DNA of 64,000 nucleotides from an uncultured Clostridia bacterium (GTDB taxonomy: Bacteria; Bacillota; Clostridia; Christensenellales; Borkfalkiaceae). The position numbers and the translations under genes were made by a program. Shown piece by piece: positions 18,133-27,502 of this stretch; positions within the stretch are counted from its first letter, which is position 1, and every line of letters begins with the position of its first letter. The notes beneath the pieces are model-generated. The model worked only from the letters and a program-made list of their open reading frames with translations. It made no database searches and had not been told where the DNA came from. The DNA is taken from contig CANQWO010000005.1 of assembly GCA_947627565.1 (NCBI GenBank), positions 4,220 through 68,219 of the forward strand. Reading direction: 5' to 3'.

Positions 18133-18654
18133 ATGAAAGCACGCAAAGCATTCCTCTGGATAGGCGTCGCCGCCCTGCTGCTCCTCTCGCTGTATTTCGC
18201 TGTCCGCGCGGCGTTTCCGTGCCCGCATCGCGAGATTGTTTCCTCGTTGAACGTCGACGCCTCCCTCGTCTATTCGGTTGCCAAAACCGAAAGCGGCTTC
18301 GACGAAAAAGCCGTAAGTCATGCCGGCGCCGTCGGGCTCATGCAGCTTCTGCCCTCGACGGCGAAATTCATTTGCGATCGGGAACATATCGTATACGAAG
18401 AGGCGCGCCTCACCGACGGAGCATATAATCTGAAGCTCGGATGCCTGTACCTCTCCTATCTTCTCGCGAAATTCGGCGCGACCCAAACGGCGCTCGCCGC
18501 CTACAATGCCGGGGAAGGGACCGTTCGGGACTGGCTGTCCGACCCGAGTTGCTCTGATGACGGGGTCCATCTGCGGCGGATCCCCTATCCCGAGACCGAG
18601 CGCTATGTAAAAAAAATCGGGAAAATCCGAAAAATCTATGAATTTTTCTATTGA
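18133..18654 (+). CDS. Lytic transglycosylase (SLT domain), membrane-anchored
   Basis: N-terminal TM segment (FLWIGVAALLLLSLYFAV). Motifs TESGFDEKAVSHAGAVGLMQL and AYNAG. Confidence 0.85.
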   Translation: MKARKAFLWIGVAALLLLSLYFAVRAAFPCPHREIVSSLNVDASLVYSVAKTESGFDEKAVSHAGAVGLMQLLPSTAKFICDREHIVYEEARLTDGAYNLKLGCLYLSYLLAKFGATQTALAAYNAGEGTVRDWLSDPSCSDDGVHLRRIPYPETERYVKKIGKIRKIYEFFY

Positions 18655-18710
18655 ATCTTGTTGACTTTTTTTTCAGAATGCGGTACAATAACAAAGGCTT
18701 TCAGGGAAAT

Positions 18711-18794
18711 GCGGTCGTGGCGGAATTGGCAGACGCGCAAGACTAAGGATCTTGTGGGATGACCGTGCAGGTTCAACTCCTGTCGACCGCACCA
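18711..18794 (+). tRNA. tRNA-Leu, type II (long variable arm), anticodon AAG as read, CCA encoded
   Basis: Acceptor GCGGTCG pairs with CGACCGC. The anticodon stem is CAAGA/TCTTG with loop C-T-AAG-G-A (anticodon at 18745-18747). The variable arm is TGGGATGACCGTGC, the T-loop TTCAACT, and the 3' end ACCA. Confidence 0.85.
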
Positions 18795-18803
18795 AGTCAG
18801 TAT

Positions 18804-18853
18804 AATCCGAACCAAATACTCGTAACGAGTGAATGGTTCGGATTTACTTTTTA
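18804..18853 (+). terminator. Terminator after the tRNA-Leu
   Basis: AATCCGAACCA...TGGTTCGGATT stem with an inner ACTCG-TAA-CGAGT hairpin, followed by TACTTTTTA. Confidence 0.6.
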
Positions 18854-18943
18854 TTGGGGAACGCCACTTGCTGCTTGCGTTTCTCTTGTTTTTATGGTAT
18901 AATCAAAGCAATAAACAAGAATTGATTGCATGTAGGAGCATCC

Positions 18944-19135
18944 ATGAAAAAATTACTTTATCTGATGGGTAGTATTGAAGCAATTATCGGAATTTTACTT
19001 CTCAGCGTCGTTGCATTCATTTACGATTTGGGTAAATATTACTCAATCTCGATTCCACTCGCATCTGTTCTTGCAATTGTTCTGATTTTTACAGGTATCG
19101 TACAGATTGTTTTTGCATTTATCAAGAACCCGTAA
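18944..19135 (+). CDS. Small hypothetical membrane protein (63 aa, two TM helices)
   Basis: AGGAG, 5 nt, ATG 18944. The sequence is MKKLLYLMGSIEAIIGILLLSVVAFIY...ASVLAIVLIFTGIVQIVFAFI. Local GC is lower than in the flanks. No recognisable family. Confidence 0.4.
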   Translation: MKKLLYLMGSIEAIIGILLLSVVAFIYDLGKYYSISIPLASVLAIVLIFTGIVQIVFAFIKNP

Positions 19136-19325
19136 GAACAAATTTCGGTTTCGCCGCACGGACGACAGGCATCTATACCATAGGTATAGCACACTATACT
19201 TATTGCGCTACGCTCCATAAGTTCCGTGTGCCCTGCGGGCCTGTTAGTCCACAAGGAAAGAGAAAGGGTTTTAGGGGAAATCTTCCCCCAACTCTGGTTT
19301 GGTTTATAATTGCCTCGGTGTACCA

Positions 19326-19367
19326 CAAAAAAGGCGGAGAAAATCGCTTGATTTTCTCCGCCTTTTT
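19326..19367. terminator. Bidirectional hairpin terminator
   Basis: AAAAAA-GGCGGAGAAAATC-gctt-GATTTTCTCCGCC-TTTTTT. Confidence 0.65.
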
Positions 19368-19437
19368 TATCTACAAAATTGTTACGGAGAAAGGCTCGGC
19401 ATTGCTACTTGCATAAAATTTTTACAAAAAACAGTGA

Positions 19438-19469
19438 AAGGGCTCGGTTGATACAACCGGGCCCTTTTG
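19438..19469 (-). terminator. Terminator of the fructan-type operon
   Basis: On the minus strand, AAAGGGCCCGGTTG-TATC-AACCGAGCCCTTT is followed by CACTGTTTTTTG. It lies 60 nt after the stop at 19531. Confidence 0.65.
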
Positions 19470-19530
19470 CTTTTTGCACGTTGATTTTTAATCAGGAACG
19501 GAAAGAACTTCCGCGGCGGCGCTTCGGAAA

Positions 19531-21009
19531 TCACACCACGATGTCGTATTTATCGAGGCAGACAAGCCGGGCGGTACCGCCCTCGGCGAAGAACGTGATC
19601 CCGTCCCCGTCCGAATAGACATTGCCCGTCATCGTCCGCTCCCCGCCGTTCAAAAATACCTCGCAGCTCGATACGTCGAGGAAGATGCGCATGGAGAGCA
19701 TGTTGCGCTCGGTGGACACTTTGACGGAACGGATGACGGCATCCTTTTCCTCTGCGTCATGCGTGATCTCGACCCCCATGCGGGAACGGTCGAAAACGAC
19801 CCGATCCCTTTCGCGGTCGTAGTAGATGCGTACATCGTGCTCGCCCTTTTGATAGAGCTTGATCCCCACCCTTTGGGCCGTGCCGAGGTCGAGCGTGAAG
19901 CAGAGCTCGATCCTGGTCCCGTTGACCTTGGTCAGTTCGTTGCGGTTGCCGATCGTCACATTGCCGAAATGCACGGGATTCCAGCGGTAGCGTTCAATCT
20001 CGCGGACGGGATTTTGATAGAGCTTTCCGTCCTTTACGGCAAGCTCACGCGGAAGGATCATCGAGCCCGTCCAACCGTGTTTTGCCGTGGGGAAAAACCG
20101 CTGCCACATCTGCATCCATGCGATCATGACCGTGCGGCCATCCCGCGTTTGAAGGGTCTGCGGCGCATAAAAATCAAATCCGCCGTCGATCTCATCCTCC
20201 ACGGCCGTTTCGAACACTCCGCGCGTTTCGTCGAACTTCCCGAGCAGATAGATGGAGGACTGTACGTTTTCATATCGCCAATCCTCCGTCTTATATCCCT
20301 GCGGGCTGGCGAGAAGGACGTCGTAACCGTCCAGTTCAAAGAAATCGGGGCATTCATAGGTGCCGCGGGTGGTGCGGGCGTCCTTGCGGACAAAGTTGAC
20401 GAAGGTCCAATGGAAGAGATCTTCGGAGCGATACAGCAGGATCGCCCCCTCGTTCTTTTCGGACAGTCCGCCCGCGAGGAGGAAGTAGCTTCCGCCGCGG
20501 CGGAATACCTTCGGGTCGCGGAAATCGGTCTTGGGGCAGCCCTTCGGAAGTTGATCGCTCGGAATGACGACGCCGAGTTTTTCAAAGTGCACGCCGTCCT
20601 CGGAGACGGCAAGCGACTGCGTCTGCCGATCCCCCGCCACGGACGTATAGACGAGATACAGTTTCCCGTCTTTCACGACGGAGGAGCCCGAAAAACAGCC
20701 GTCGCAGTCGTCTGCGCCGTCGGGCGCGAGCGCCGTCGGCTCGAGCTTCCACTTGACAAAATCCTCGGTGGTATAGTGCCCCCAATGCATGGAGTCCCAC
20801 GACGGACCGTAGGGATAGAATTGATAAAACAGGTGATATTTCCCGAATGCCTCGCCGAAGCCGTTGGGATCGTTCATCCACCCCACGGGCGGCATGACAT
20901 GGTAGGTATGGCGGCTGCTTCCGTTGACTGCCGCGAGATTATGCACGATGTAAAGATCTGCGATCTTTGTGCCGTAGGACCCGCCCGAAACAGGCGTCTT
21001 TGTTTTCAT
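19531..21009 (-). CDS. GH32 beta-fructofuranosidase / sucrose-6-phosphate hydrolase-type enzyme (no signal peptide)
   Basis: The start is reset to ATG 21009 (MKTKTPVSGG). Motifs: WMNDPNG, FRDPKVF and ECPDFFEL. Confidence 0.9.
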   Translation of the reverse strand: MKTKTPVSGGSYGTKIADLYIVHNLAAVNGSSRHTYHVMPPVGWMNDPNGFGEAFGKYHLFYQFYPYGPSWDSMHWGHYTTEDFVKWKLEPTALAPDGADDCDGCFSGSSVVKDGKLYLVYTSVAGDRQTQSLAVSEDGVHFEKLGVVIPSDQLPKGCPKTDFRDPKVFRRGGSYFLLAGGLSEKNEGAILLYRSEDLFHWTFVNFVRKDARTTRGTYECPDFFELDGYDVLLASPQGYKTEDWRYENVQSSIYLLGKFDETRGVFETAVEDEIDGGFDFYAPQTLQTRDGRTVMIAWMQMWQRFFPTAKHGWTGSMILPRELAVKDGKLYQNPVREIERYRWNPVHFGNVTIGNRNELTKVNGTRIELCFTLDLGTAQRVGIKLYQKGEHDVRIYYDRERDRVVFDRSRMGVEITHDAEEKDAVIRSVKVSTERNMLSMRIFLDVSSCEVFLNGGERTMTGNVYSDGDGITFFAEGGTARLVCLDKYDIVV

Positions 21010-21025
21010 AGATGTTCCCCAAAAG

Positions 21026-22558
21026 TCAATAAGTATAGGTGTATTGTTTGAGACCGGTGAAGGAAGCCGAGCCGTTCTCCGCCCAGAGCATGACGTTCTT
21101 GCCGCTGACGCCATAGAGGCGCACGGTGAGCGCCGTCTGCCCTTCCACATAGAGCACGCCGACAGAGCCCTCCTGAATGTAGGTAAAGGCGTATTCCTTG
21201 CCCTCTTCGAGCGAAGCGGCGACCGACGTCACCGGATCTTCCCCTTGATTGAGTGCGAAGGAGACGCGCTGTTCCTTGGGCGAAAGGACGATCGTCTTAT
21301 ACTTCTGCGGTCTGCCGTTGTAATCGAAGGCAAAGCCGAACTCGCCCGTGCCGCTGAATTTGCCCGTCACCATATAGCGCTCGAAGCAACGGAATGCCTC
21401 GGTATAGTCGCCCGATTGCACCTCGACCGAGGAGCCCGAAACGAGCACGCGCTCTTCGATATTTTGCATGTAGGCGTCTACGGGGGCGAGCCGGAGGCCG
21501 CCGGCGCCGTCGGATACCACCTTCTGCACTTGCAGATTGCCGCCCCAACCCTTGAGGTGCCCGACCGCCGACGTATCGCTGACGCTCTCCGAACGGCGCG
21601 TCCAGCCGATCAGATAGGTGTTTGTCCCGTCGGAGGCGTGCTTTGCCGCATAGAAGAGGTGGCCGTCGAGGGGCTTGGGCGTGGCGGTGTAGGGCCCGTA
21701 CTGCGTGTCTGCCGAAGTATACCACACGACGCCGTCCTGCGCGGAGAAGGTGAGATACCACTTGTCGCCGAACTTGAAGGTATCCGAGCATTCGAGGTTA
21801 TAGACGCTGCCGACGACGGATGCGTCGTTGGTATAGATGATGCCGCCGCAAGTTGCGTTGAGATTTTCGTCCAGCGTATACTTGACGACGCTCGCCGTGC
21901 CGCTCGTGTTCTGCGCCGTGACCGTGAGCGTGATCTGATGCGCCGCCGCGTCGTAATATGCCTGCGGATCGCGGAAATCGTGCTTTTTGAGCACGGACTC
22001 ATCGGCCTTGATGGCCCAGTCCGCCTTCTTCGTGAACGACGTGGGACTGGTCCCCTCGGCGACCATGATCGCCTCGGCGTTTCCGTTCTCTTTCCATGCC
22101 TCGGAGCCGTTGTTCCCCGTGTAGAAGAAGTAATACTTCTCCCCCACCTTGACGACGGAACCGGTGCCGATCATCATCTCCTGTCCGCTGCCCGCCGCCC
22201 TGAGCACGGGATCCTGCTTCTCCTCCCAATGGACGAAATCCGTGGTCGTCGCAAGATACACGGAATGATTGAAGGAATCGCCCCGGTCTTTCAGATAGTA
22301 GACGTAATACGTCCCGTTCTCATAGTAAGGCATCGTGTCGCCGACATAGCCCTGTTCCCCGTCGTCCTCTTCGGGCAGGAAACCGAACTTGTAGTCGTAG
22401 GTCTTTTCCTGTTTGCTTGCGTTCATGGCGGAAAAATCCTTGTCATACGGCTTGACGTCGTCCTCGTAATTTTTCGCGCCGCCGCCGCAACCCGCGGCAA
22501 ACAACATGACGCCGCACAGCAAGACGGCCGCATACGATGCGTTCTTTGTGATTTTCAT
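21026..22558 (-). CDS. Extracellular lipoprotein, divergent GH32/clan GH-J-like fructan hydrolase
   Basis: Start ATG 22558 (GGAGG plus 6 nt). Lipobox LFAAGC. The RDP motif (HDFRDPQAYY) and EC motif (YNLECSDTF) are present, but the canonical WMNDPNG is replaced by GDTMPYYENGTYYVYYL. Confidence 0.55.
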   Translation of the reverse strand: MKITKNASYAAVLLCGVMLFAAGCGGGAKNYEDDVKPYDKDFSAMNASKQEKTYDYKFGFLPEEDDGEQGYVGDTMPYYENGTYYVYYLKDRGDSFNHSVYLATTTDFVHWEEKQDPVLRAAGSGQEMMIGTGSVVKVGEKYYFFYTGNNGSEAWKENGNAEAIMVAEGTSPTSFTKKADWAIKADESVLKKHDFRDPQAYYDAAAHQITLTVTAQNTSGTASVVKYTLDENLNATCGGIIYTNDASVVGSVYNLECSDTFKFGDKWYLTFSAQDGVVWYTSADTQYGPYTATPKPLDGHLFYAAKHASDGTNTYLIGWTRRSESVSDTSAVGHLKGWGGNLQVQKVVSDGAGGLRLAPVDAYMQNIEERVLVSGSSVEVQSGDYTEAFRCFERYMVTGKFSGTGEFGFAFDYNGRPQKYKTIVLSPKEQRVSFALNQGEDPVTSVAASLEEGKEYAFTYIQEGSVGVLYVEGQTALTVRLYGVSGKNVMLWAENGSASFTGLKQYTYTY

Positions 22559-22570
22559 GATCATCCTCCC

Positions 22571-23509
22571 TTAAAATACTTCTTTTCTCGTCGGCATCGC
22601 GGGGATGGCCCCCTCGCGCGAGACGACGCAAGACGCCGCACGGTTGGCACGGTACAGCATCTCCTTCAATTCTTCTTTGCCGAGCCCTTCGATCCCGCGG
22701 CCGAGCAACTGGTATAGGATCGTGCCGATAAAAGAGTCGCCCGCGCCCGTCGTATCCACGACGTGCACATTCGTATCGGTGGGCTGCCATGCCTCCGTTT
22801 CCCGCGTATAGGCGGAGGCGCCGCCCGCACCCTTCGTGACAAAGACCAGCTTGACTTCCCCCCGAAACAGTTGCAAAACCGCCTCCTTCTCGCAGGAAAT
22901 GCCCGTGATGTCATAGAGCTCCTCATCGCTCACTTTCACGATGTCGGCGAGGGGCAGAAATTCGCGCACCGTGGAGAGCAGCTCCTCGGCGCTCTTCCAG
23001 AGCGAATAGCGGAGATTGGGATCGAAGCTCACGATCGCCCCCGCCCTTCTCGCCCGCTCGATGGCGGCGATGTGCGCCCCTTTCACGGGCGCGTCGCAGA
23101 GATCTACGCTCCCGAAATGCAGAATGTCGCCCTCCCGGAACGGAATGGCCCGCACCTCGCTCGCATCCAGCAGCATATCCGCGGACGGATTGCGGTAGAA
23201 GGAAAAACTTCTCTCGCCTTTTTCGTCGCGCGCGACGAAAGCGAGCGCGGTGTTGGCGGCGTCGGTGCGGAATACAAAATCCGTTCCGACGTTTTCGCGC
23301 ATCAGCGTCTCCGCCAAAAAGTTCCCGAACGCATCGTTGCCGAGTTTGGTGACAACGGCGGCACGTTTTCCGAGTTTTGCCACACAGACGGCGACATTTG
23401 CGGGTGCGCCGCCCGCGTTTTTGCGGAAGGTCGTCGCCGTTTCGAGGACGCCCGCCTCCTGTGCGGTGAAGTCGATGAGCATTTCGCCGATGGCATAGAG
23501 TGTGTTCAT
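22571..23509 (-). CDS. Fructokinase (PfkB/ribokinase family)
   Basis: Motifs GGAPANVA and VDTTGAGDSF. RBS AAGAGG, 7 nt, ATG. Confidence 0.85.
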   Translation of the reverse strand: MNTLYAIGEMLIDFTAQEAGVLETATTFRKNAGGAPANVAVCVAKLGKRAAVVTKLGNDAFGNFLAETLMRENVGTDFVFRTDAANTALAFVARDEKGERSFSFYRNPSADMLLDASEVRAIPFREGDILHFGSVDLCDAPVKGAHIAAIERARRAGAIVSFDPNLRYSLWKSAEELLSTVREFLPLADIVKVSDEELYDITGISCEKEAVLQLFRGEVKLVFVTKGAGGASAYTRETEAWQPTDTNVHVVDTTGAGDSFIGTILYQLLGRGIEGLGKEELKEMLYRANRAASCVVSREGAIPAMPTRKEVF

Positions 23510-23581
23510 AAAATTACCTCTTTTTACGCCTATGCCTCCGCGATAAATGACCGCGGAGGCGTGCGTGGGTGTTTGTGCTAT

Positions 23582-25600
23582 TTACGCCTGAACGGTGCGA
23601 TAGCCGATCTTGAGCTCGGAAATTTCGATCTTCACTTCCTTGTTTGTGCCGAGATGCTTGCCAAATTCAAGGAGAAGTTCGCACTTGTTGTGCGCCACAA
23701 GGGAAGCCATCTGCGTCGAGACCTCGATCGTCGTCTCTTCGGTGCCCGCATGGAGCATCTCGTGTCCGCCGTAGTCGGCGTAACGGATCGGGATGCCGCC
23801 GTCCGCCTCGACAAAGCTCATCTCCATATCGTGCAGAGTGAGCGAGAAATCGAGCGCAACGGACGCCTTGATCTTGAAGGATACGACATAGTACGCATTG
23901 GCGGGAAGAGGCCCGATGGGGTTATCCCAATAGCCGAATGCGAGCTTGTTGTGGCCCCAATCGGAGCCGCTCTGATGGATGAGATAGACGAGTTTGCCGT
24001 TCTCGAAGTACGCCGTGCCCATGGCGGCCGCGTCGAACGCGTCGTCGGACTGGTTGTAGACGGAGATGGGATATTTTTTGTTCGTCTTGTCGTAGGAGGC
24101 GTCGCCGAAGAGGATGAACTTATCCTGGATCTTCGTCGTCTCCTCGTCGCCCTCCACCTTGAAGAAGCGGAAATTCTTGATGTAGATGTTGTTCGACGCC
24201 GCGCTCGGGCTGTTCTCCTGCTTGCCGAGGAAGATGTGGACGGCGATCTCGCTGTACGCTTCCTCGAACTTGAACGTATGGTACAAATGCTTATATGTCG
24301 AATTGATCTCCCCGACGTCCCCGCTGTACATCACGTTGCCCTTGTCGCGGTTGCTTGCGAGCCCGCAGTGGACTTCTGCCTTGCCGTAAGCGTTATCCGC
24401 CTTGATGTCGAACGAATAGCCGTAGGTATCCGTCGTATTGATCGTCTTGCCCGTGACCGGGATGTGCGCGACGATGCTCCAGCAGCCGCCCGTCGTGTTG
24501 TACTGGGAAACTTCGACCTTCGCCGCCTTATCCGTCTCGTCAAAGCCCGTCGAAACATGATTTTCCGCGCCGTCGCCGGCATCGACCGTGAGCCCGAGAT
24601 CGGCAACGGAAGTGACGCCGGATTGATCGAACACGTCCGTCTCCTTGTTCACGCCCGTCGTCTTCCAGATGGTGATCTTCTCGACGTCGAACTTGAAGGC
24701 GTTCGCATTGTCGTTGCCGCCGAGGCAGATGCGGAAGAGCACCTTCGCTTGATCGCTGTTGAGAGCATCGCGCGCGATCTCGAAGTCAAGCGCGAATACC
24801 TTGTATTCCGCGGTGACCTGTTCGCCGTACTTGCCGCCGCCGAGGTTCTGCGCCGCCCATTTTTCATCGCCGTTGCCCTCTTCGCCGCCCACATCGACGA
24901 TCTTGCTCATATCGAGGCTCGTTTCGTCGAGAATGGCGTTCATGTTGATCTTCACATCGGGGGTCGCCTTCGCCCAGACGGCGAACTTGTATTTGCCGGC
25001 GGGCAGATCGTCGAAGCCGCGCACGAGCATGAGCTTATCGTCGCCCACATTGTTGCGGTTGGTGACGTCCACTTCGAGCCTGCCTTCTTTGAGGGTCGCC
25101 GTCGCGGCCGAACCGTCCGCCGCGGTGAGGCTCCACCAGTGGTTGTTGCCCTCGCCTTCGTTGTCCTCCGCCCAATCGTACTTGGGGGTGAGGTCGGAGA
25201 AATCGGCCGTGAACACGTTGACGAGCTCTGCCGCTTTCTGCGTCACATAAAGGGTGCAGAACTGTTCCTCCGCTTCCAATCCGCCCGAATCCTTGACGGT
25301 ATAGCGCACCTGATAGCCGCGCGATTCGTTGGGTTCGGCGGGCGTCGTCTTCCCGTTCTCGAACGTGAGCCCGCGGGCGGAGACTTCGATCTCGGAGGTG
25401 AGGTCGCCGTCCTCCGCGTCGGAGGCGGTCACGCCCTTGAGGGCATCCCACTCCTCGCCCGCCATGACCGTCGCCGATTCGGAGACGCCCGAAATGGTGG
25501 GGGCGGTGTTCTTGCCTGTTTTATCGTCATTCCCGCCGCAGCCGGCAAGCACGGTGAGGGAAAGCGCTGCGGCCAAACCGATTGCTATGATCTTTTTCAT
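23582..25600 (-). CDS. Surface lipoprotein with an N-terminal Ig-like (DUF5011-like) module and three CBM-like beta-sandwich modules; function unknown
   Basis: Lipobox LTVLAGCGG. TISGVSESATVMAGEEWDALKGVTASDAEDGDLTSEIEV resembles Ig-like/DUF5011. The three following modules of about 170-190 aa have a jelly-roll-like pattern. The gene sits between the binding protein and the fructokinase. Confidence 0.5.
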   Translation of the reverse strand: MKKIIAIGLAAALSLTVLAGCGGNDDKTGKNTAPTISGVSESATVMAGEEWDALKGVTASDAEDGDLTSEIEVSARGLTFENGKTTPAEPNESRGYQVRYTVKDSGGLEAEEQFCTLYVTQKAAELVNVFTADFSDLTPKYDWAEDNEGEGNNHWWSLTAADGSAATATLKEGRLEVDVTNRNNVGDDKLMLVRGFDDLPAGKYKFAVWAKATPDVKINMNAILDETSLDMSKIVDVGGEEGNGDEKWAAQNLGGGKYGEQVTAEYKVFALDFEIARDALNSDQAKVLFRICLGGNDNANAFKFDVEKITIWKTTGVNKETDVFDQSGVTSVADLGLTVDAGDGAENHVSTGFDETDKAAKVEVSQYNTTGGCWSIVAHIPVTGKTINTTDTYGYSFDIKADNAYGKAEVHCGLASNRDKGNVMYSGDVGEINSTYKHLYHTFKFEEAYSEIAVHIFLGKQENSPSAASNNIYIKNFRFFKVEGDEETTKIQDKFILFGDASYDKTNKKYPISVYNQSDDAFDAAAMGTAYFENGKLVYLIHQSGSDWGHNKLAFGYWDNPIGPLPANAYYVVSFKIKASVALDFSLTLHDMEMSFVEADGGIPIRYADYGGHEMLHAGTEETTIEVSTQMASLVAHNKCELLLEFGKHLGTNKEVKIEISELKIGYRTVQA

Positions 25601-25615
25601 GATTTCACTCCTTTT

Positions 25616-27382
25616 TTAATTTCCGTTAACGATCCTGTCGTAGGCGGCTTGATAGACTTTCCGGACTTCCTCAATGCCGACGCCCGCGCCGTTCAGCGTG
25701 GCGATGTACTTCGTCCAGTCGCTGTCCGAGACGCCGTTATAGAGGAATTTCGTCAGATTTGCCATCTGGGTTTCGATCGCGGCGCTGTATCTGTCCATCT
25801 TGTCCTGTTCCGCGATCGTGAATTGCAGATTGGGAATGGGCTCTACCTTATATCCGAGCTTTTCCTGCGTGACATAGGGATACACATACTTCTTCAGACG
25901 GTCGAGGCGGAGCTGTGCGCGCTCCTCCATCTGCACCGTGTTCTCCCATTCGGTCTCGGTAAGATAGCAGATGCCGAGCGGCGCGTTCTTCAAACGGATC
26001 TCGTCCGCCGTCTTCCCGCCCGTCTCCTGCTTGGGGACCAGCTTGCCGTTCTCCTTCTCTTCCTCAAAGGCGATGCCGATGGGACCGTAGTTGATCTGCG
26101 CCGAGATCTCGGGCATATAGTACCGGTCGAAGTAGGTGAGGAGCACTTCGATGTTGGGGACTTTCGTGAAGAACACGAGCTCACCCGCGTCAATCTCGGG
26201 CGTGTTGGCGACGCACACCGTCTGGCAGTTGCTGTAATCCTTCCCGTTGAAATTCTTGGGTCCCTTCAGGGGTGCGCAGCAGATGTAGTTATCGGGATCG
26301 GTGACGACCGTCTTGCTCTCCCACCAATAGAAGGCGCCGTATTTTTCGCCCTTGCGGATATCCGCGGCGGCGGTCACACCCTCGCCGCTCTTGCCGTTTG
26401 CGAGGAAGGAATCCTGCGTCTGCTCGAAGGAGACCTTGTCGATGAGGCCGTTTTTGACCCATTCGTAAATGAACTGCACGGCGTCCTTATAGCCCTCTTC
26501 GAGATAGGTATAGGTGACCTGCCCGTTCTTGATGATGCGGTGGTCGGGGTTGTCGTTGATCCCGAACATGCCGAAGAGGTCGCACTGGTTGCCCTGCCAA
26601 TTCTGGGAGACAAAGCTGAGCGGACGCTCGTCGGACGCGTTGCCGTTGCCGTTCATATCGTTGTTTTTGAAGTAGGTGAGCAGGGCCGCCATCTGGTCGG
26701 CGTTGAGCGACAGGCCGTCCACGAGCTTGCTATCTACCTCGCTCTTCGCGATGCCAAGATCGACGTTCCCCTCCTCGATCGCCTTCTTTGTCCATGTCTT
26801 GTTGAGGAACAGAAGGTTGGGATATGGTTTGAGCCCCATCTCCTCCACGCGGGGAAGGGTGTAGATCTTGCCGTCGTCCACGTTGGTGATCTGCCGCTTG
26901 ATGTCGGGGCGGTCGTTGAGGATCTTGGAGAAGTTGGGCATGTATTGGAGATAGTCGCTGATCGGAAGGATCCTTCCGCGGTCGGCGTATTGGGAGATCT
27001 CTTCGGGCGTGAGGCCGGCGTGATAGATGGCGTCGAGCCCATCGGGTTTACTCAGTTTCAGAGTCTTCTGGTCGGTATAAGAGGATTCGGACACGTTCTC
27101 CCACTGCACGTTGACGTTGGTCTGTTCGAAGAGCGTCTCCATGATCTTCATGTCGTTGTAGTCGTCTGCGGACGTGTTTTTGGAAGAATAGACGCTGAAC
27201 GAGATTTTCTTTGCGCCCTCCGCATTGAGGATGGGCTTCGAATTATCCGTCCACTGATAGCCGTATTTTTCCACGAGTTCATCGACGGTATTCTGCTCGC
27301 GATTGCCGCCGCCACCGCCGCACGCGGCGAGCGCAAGTACTGCCGCACAGCCGATGGAACAGATTGCAATTAACTTCTTCAT
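25616..27382 (-). CDS. ABC transporter solute-binding lipoprotein (large LplA/LipO-type, CUT1)
   Basis: Start ATG 27382 (AAGGAG plus 8 nt). Lipobox LALAACGGG. The length, composition and operon position next to two CUT1 permeases support the call. Confidence 0.8.
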   Translation of the reverse strand: MKKLIAICSIGCAAVLALAACGGGGGNREQNTVDELVEKYGYQWTDNSKPILNAEGAKKISFSVYSSKNTSADDYNDMKIMETLFEQTNVNVQWENVSESSYTDQKTLKLSKPDGLDAIYHAGLTPEEISQYADRGRILPISDYLQYMPNFSKILNDRPDIKRQITNVDDGKIYTLPRVEEMGLKPYPNLLFLNKTWTKKAIEEGNVDLGIAKSEVDSKLVDGLSLNADQMAALLTYFKNNDMNGNGNASDERPLSFVSQNWQGNQCDLFGMFGINDNPDHRIIKNGQVTYTYLEEGYKDAVQFIYEWVKNGLIDKVSFEQTQDSFLANGKSGEGVTAAADIRKGEKYGAFYWWESKTVVTDPDNYICCAPLKGPKNFNGKDYSNCQTVCVANTPEIDAGELVFFTKVPNIEVLLTYFDRYYMPEISAQINYGPIGIAFEEEKENGKLVPKQETGGKTADEIRLKNAPLGICYLTETEWENTVQMEERAQLRLDRLKKYVYPYVTQEKLGYKVEPIPNLQFTIAEQDKMDRYSAAIETQMANLTKFLYNGVSDSDWTKYIATLNGAGVGIEEVRKVYQAAYDRIVNGN

Positions 27383-27502
27383 AATTTTCACTCCTTGATT
27401 AGATTTCGTTTTTGTTGTCCCCCCGGGACGCAGGGTAAAACGGCTTATTGGGGGAGGAGCCGCCTACCCTGTCTGTCCCCTTTGAAGGAAAGTGCGGACC
27501 GA

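Noticed and set aside
19039-19326. 95-aa minus-strand ORF and 62-79-aa plus-strand ORFs in the AT-rich islet.
   Set aside because: They overlap the better-supported small membrane ORF or the terminators. They have no RBS and an odd composition.
22763-27373. 1,536-aa plus-strand ORF spanning four minus-strand genes. Similar cases are 16523-18136, 19759-21051, 21044-22717, 35839-37215, 37968-40433, 40458-41525, 46432-48312, 49776-51398, 51414-53819, 53880-55427, 55467-56741, 58009-60033 and 60965-62308.
   Set aside because: They lie opposite genes with clear family motifs (PfkB, SBP, GH32, GH36, GH31, GH20 and others). GC3-rich codon usage keeps antisense frames open. The translated products are low-complexity and rich in R/D/E/V/H, with no start signals.
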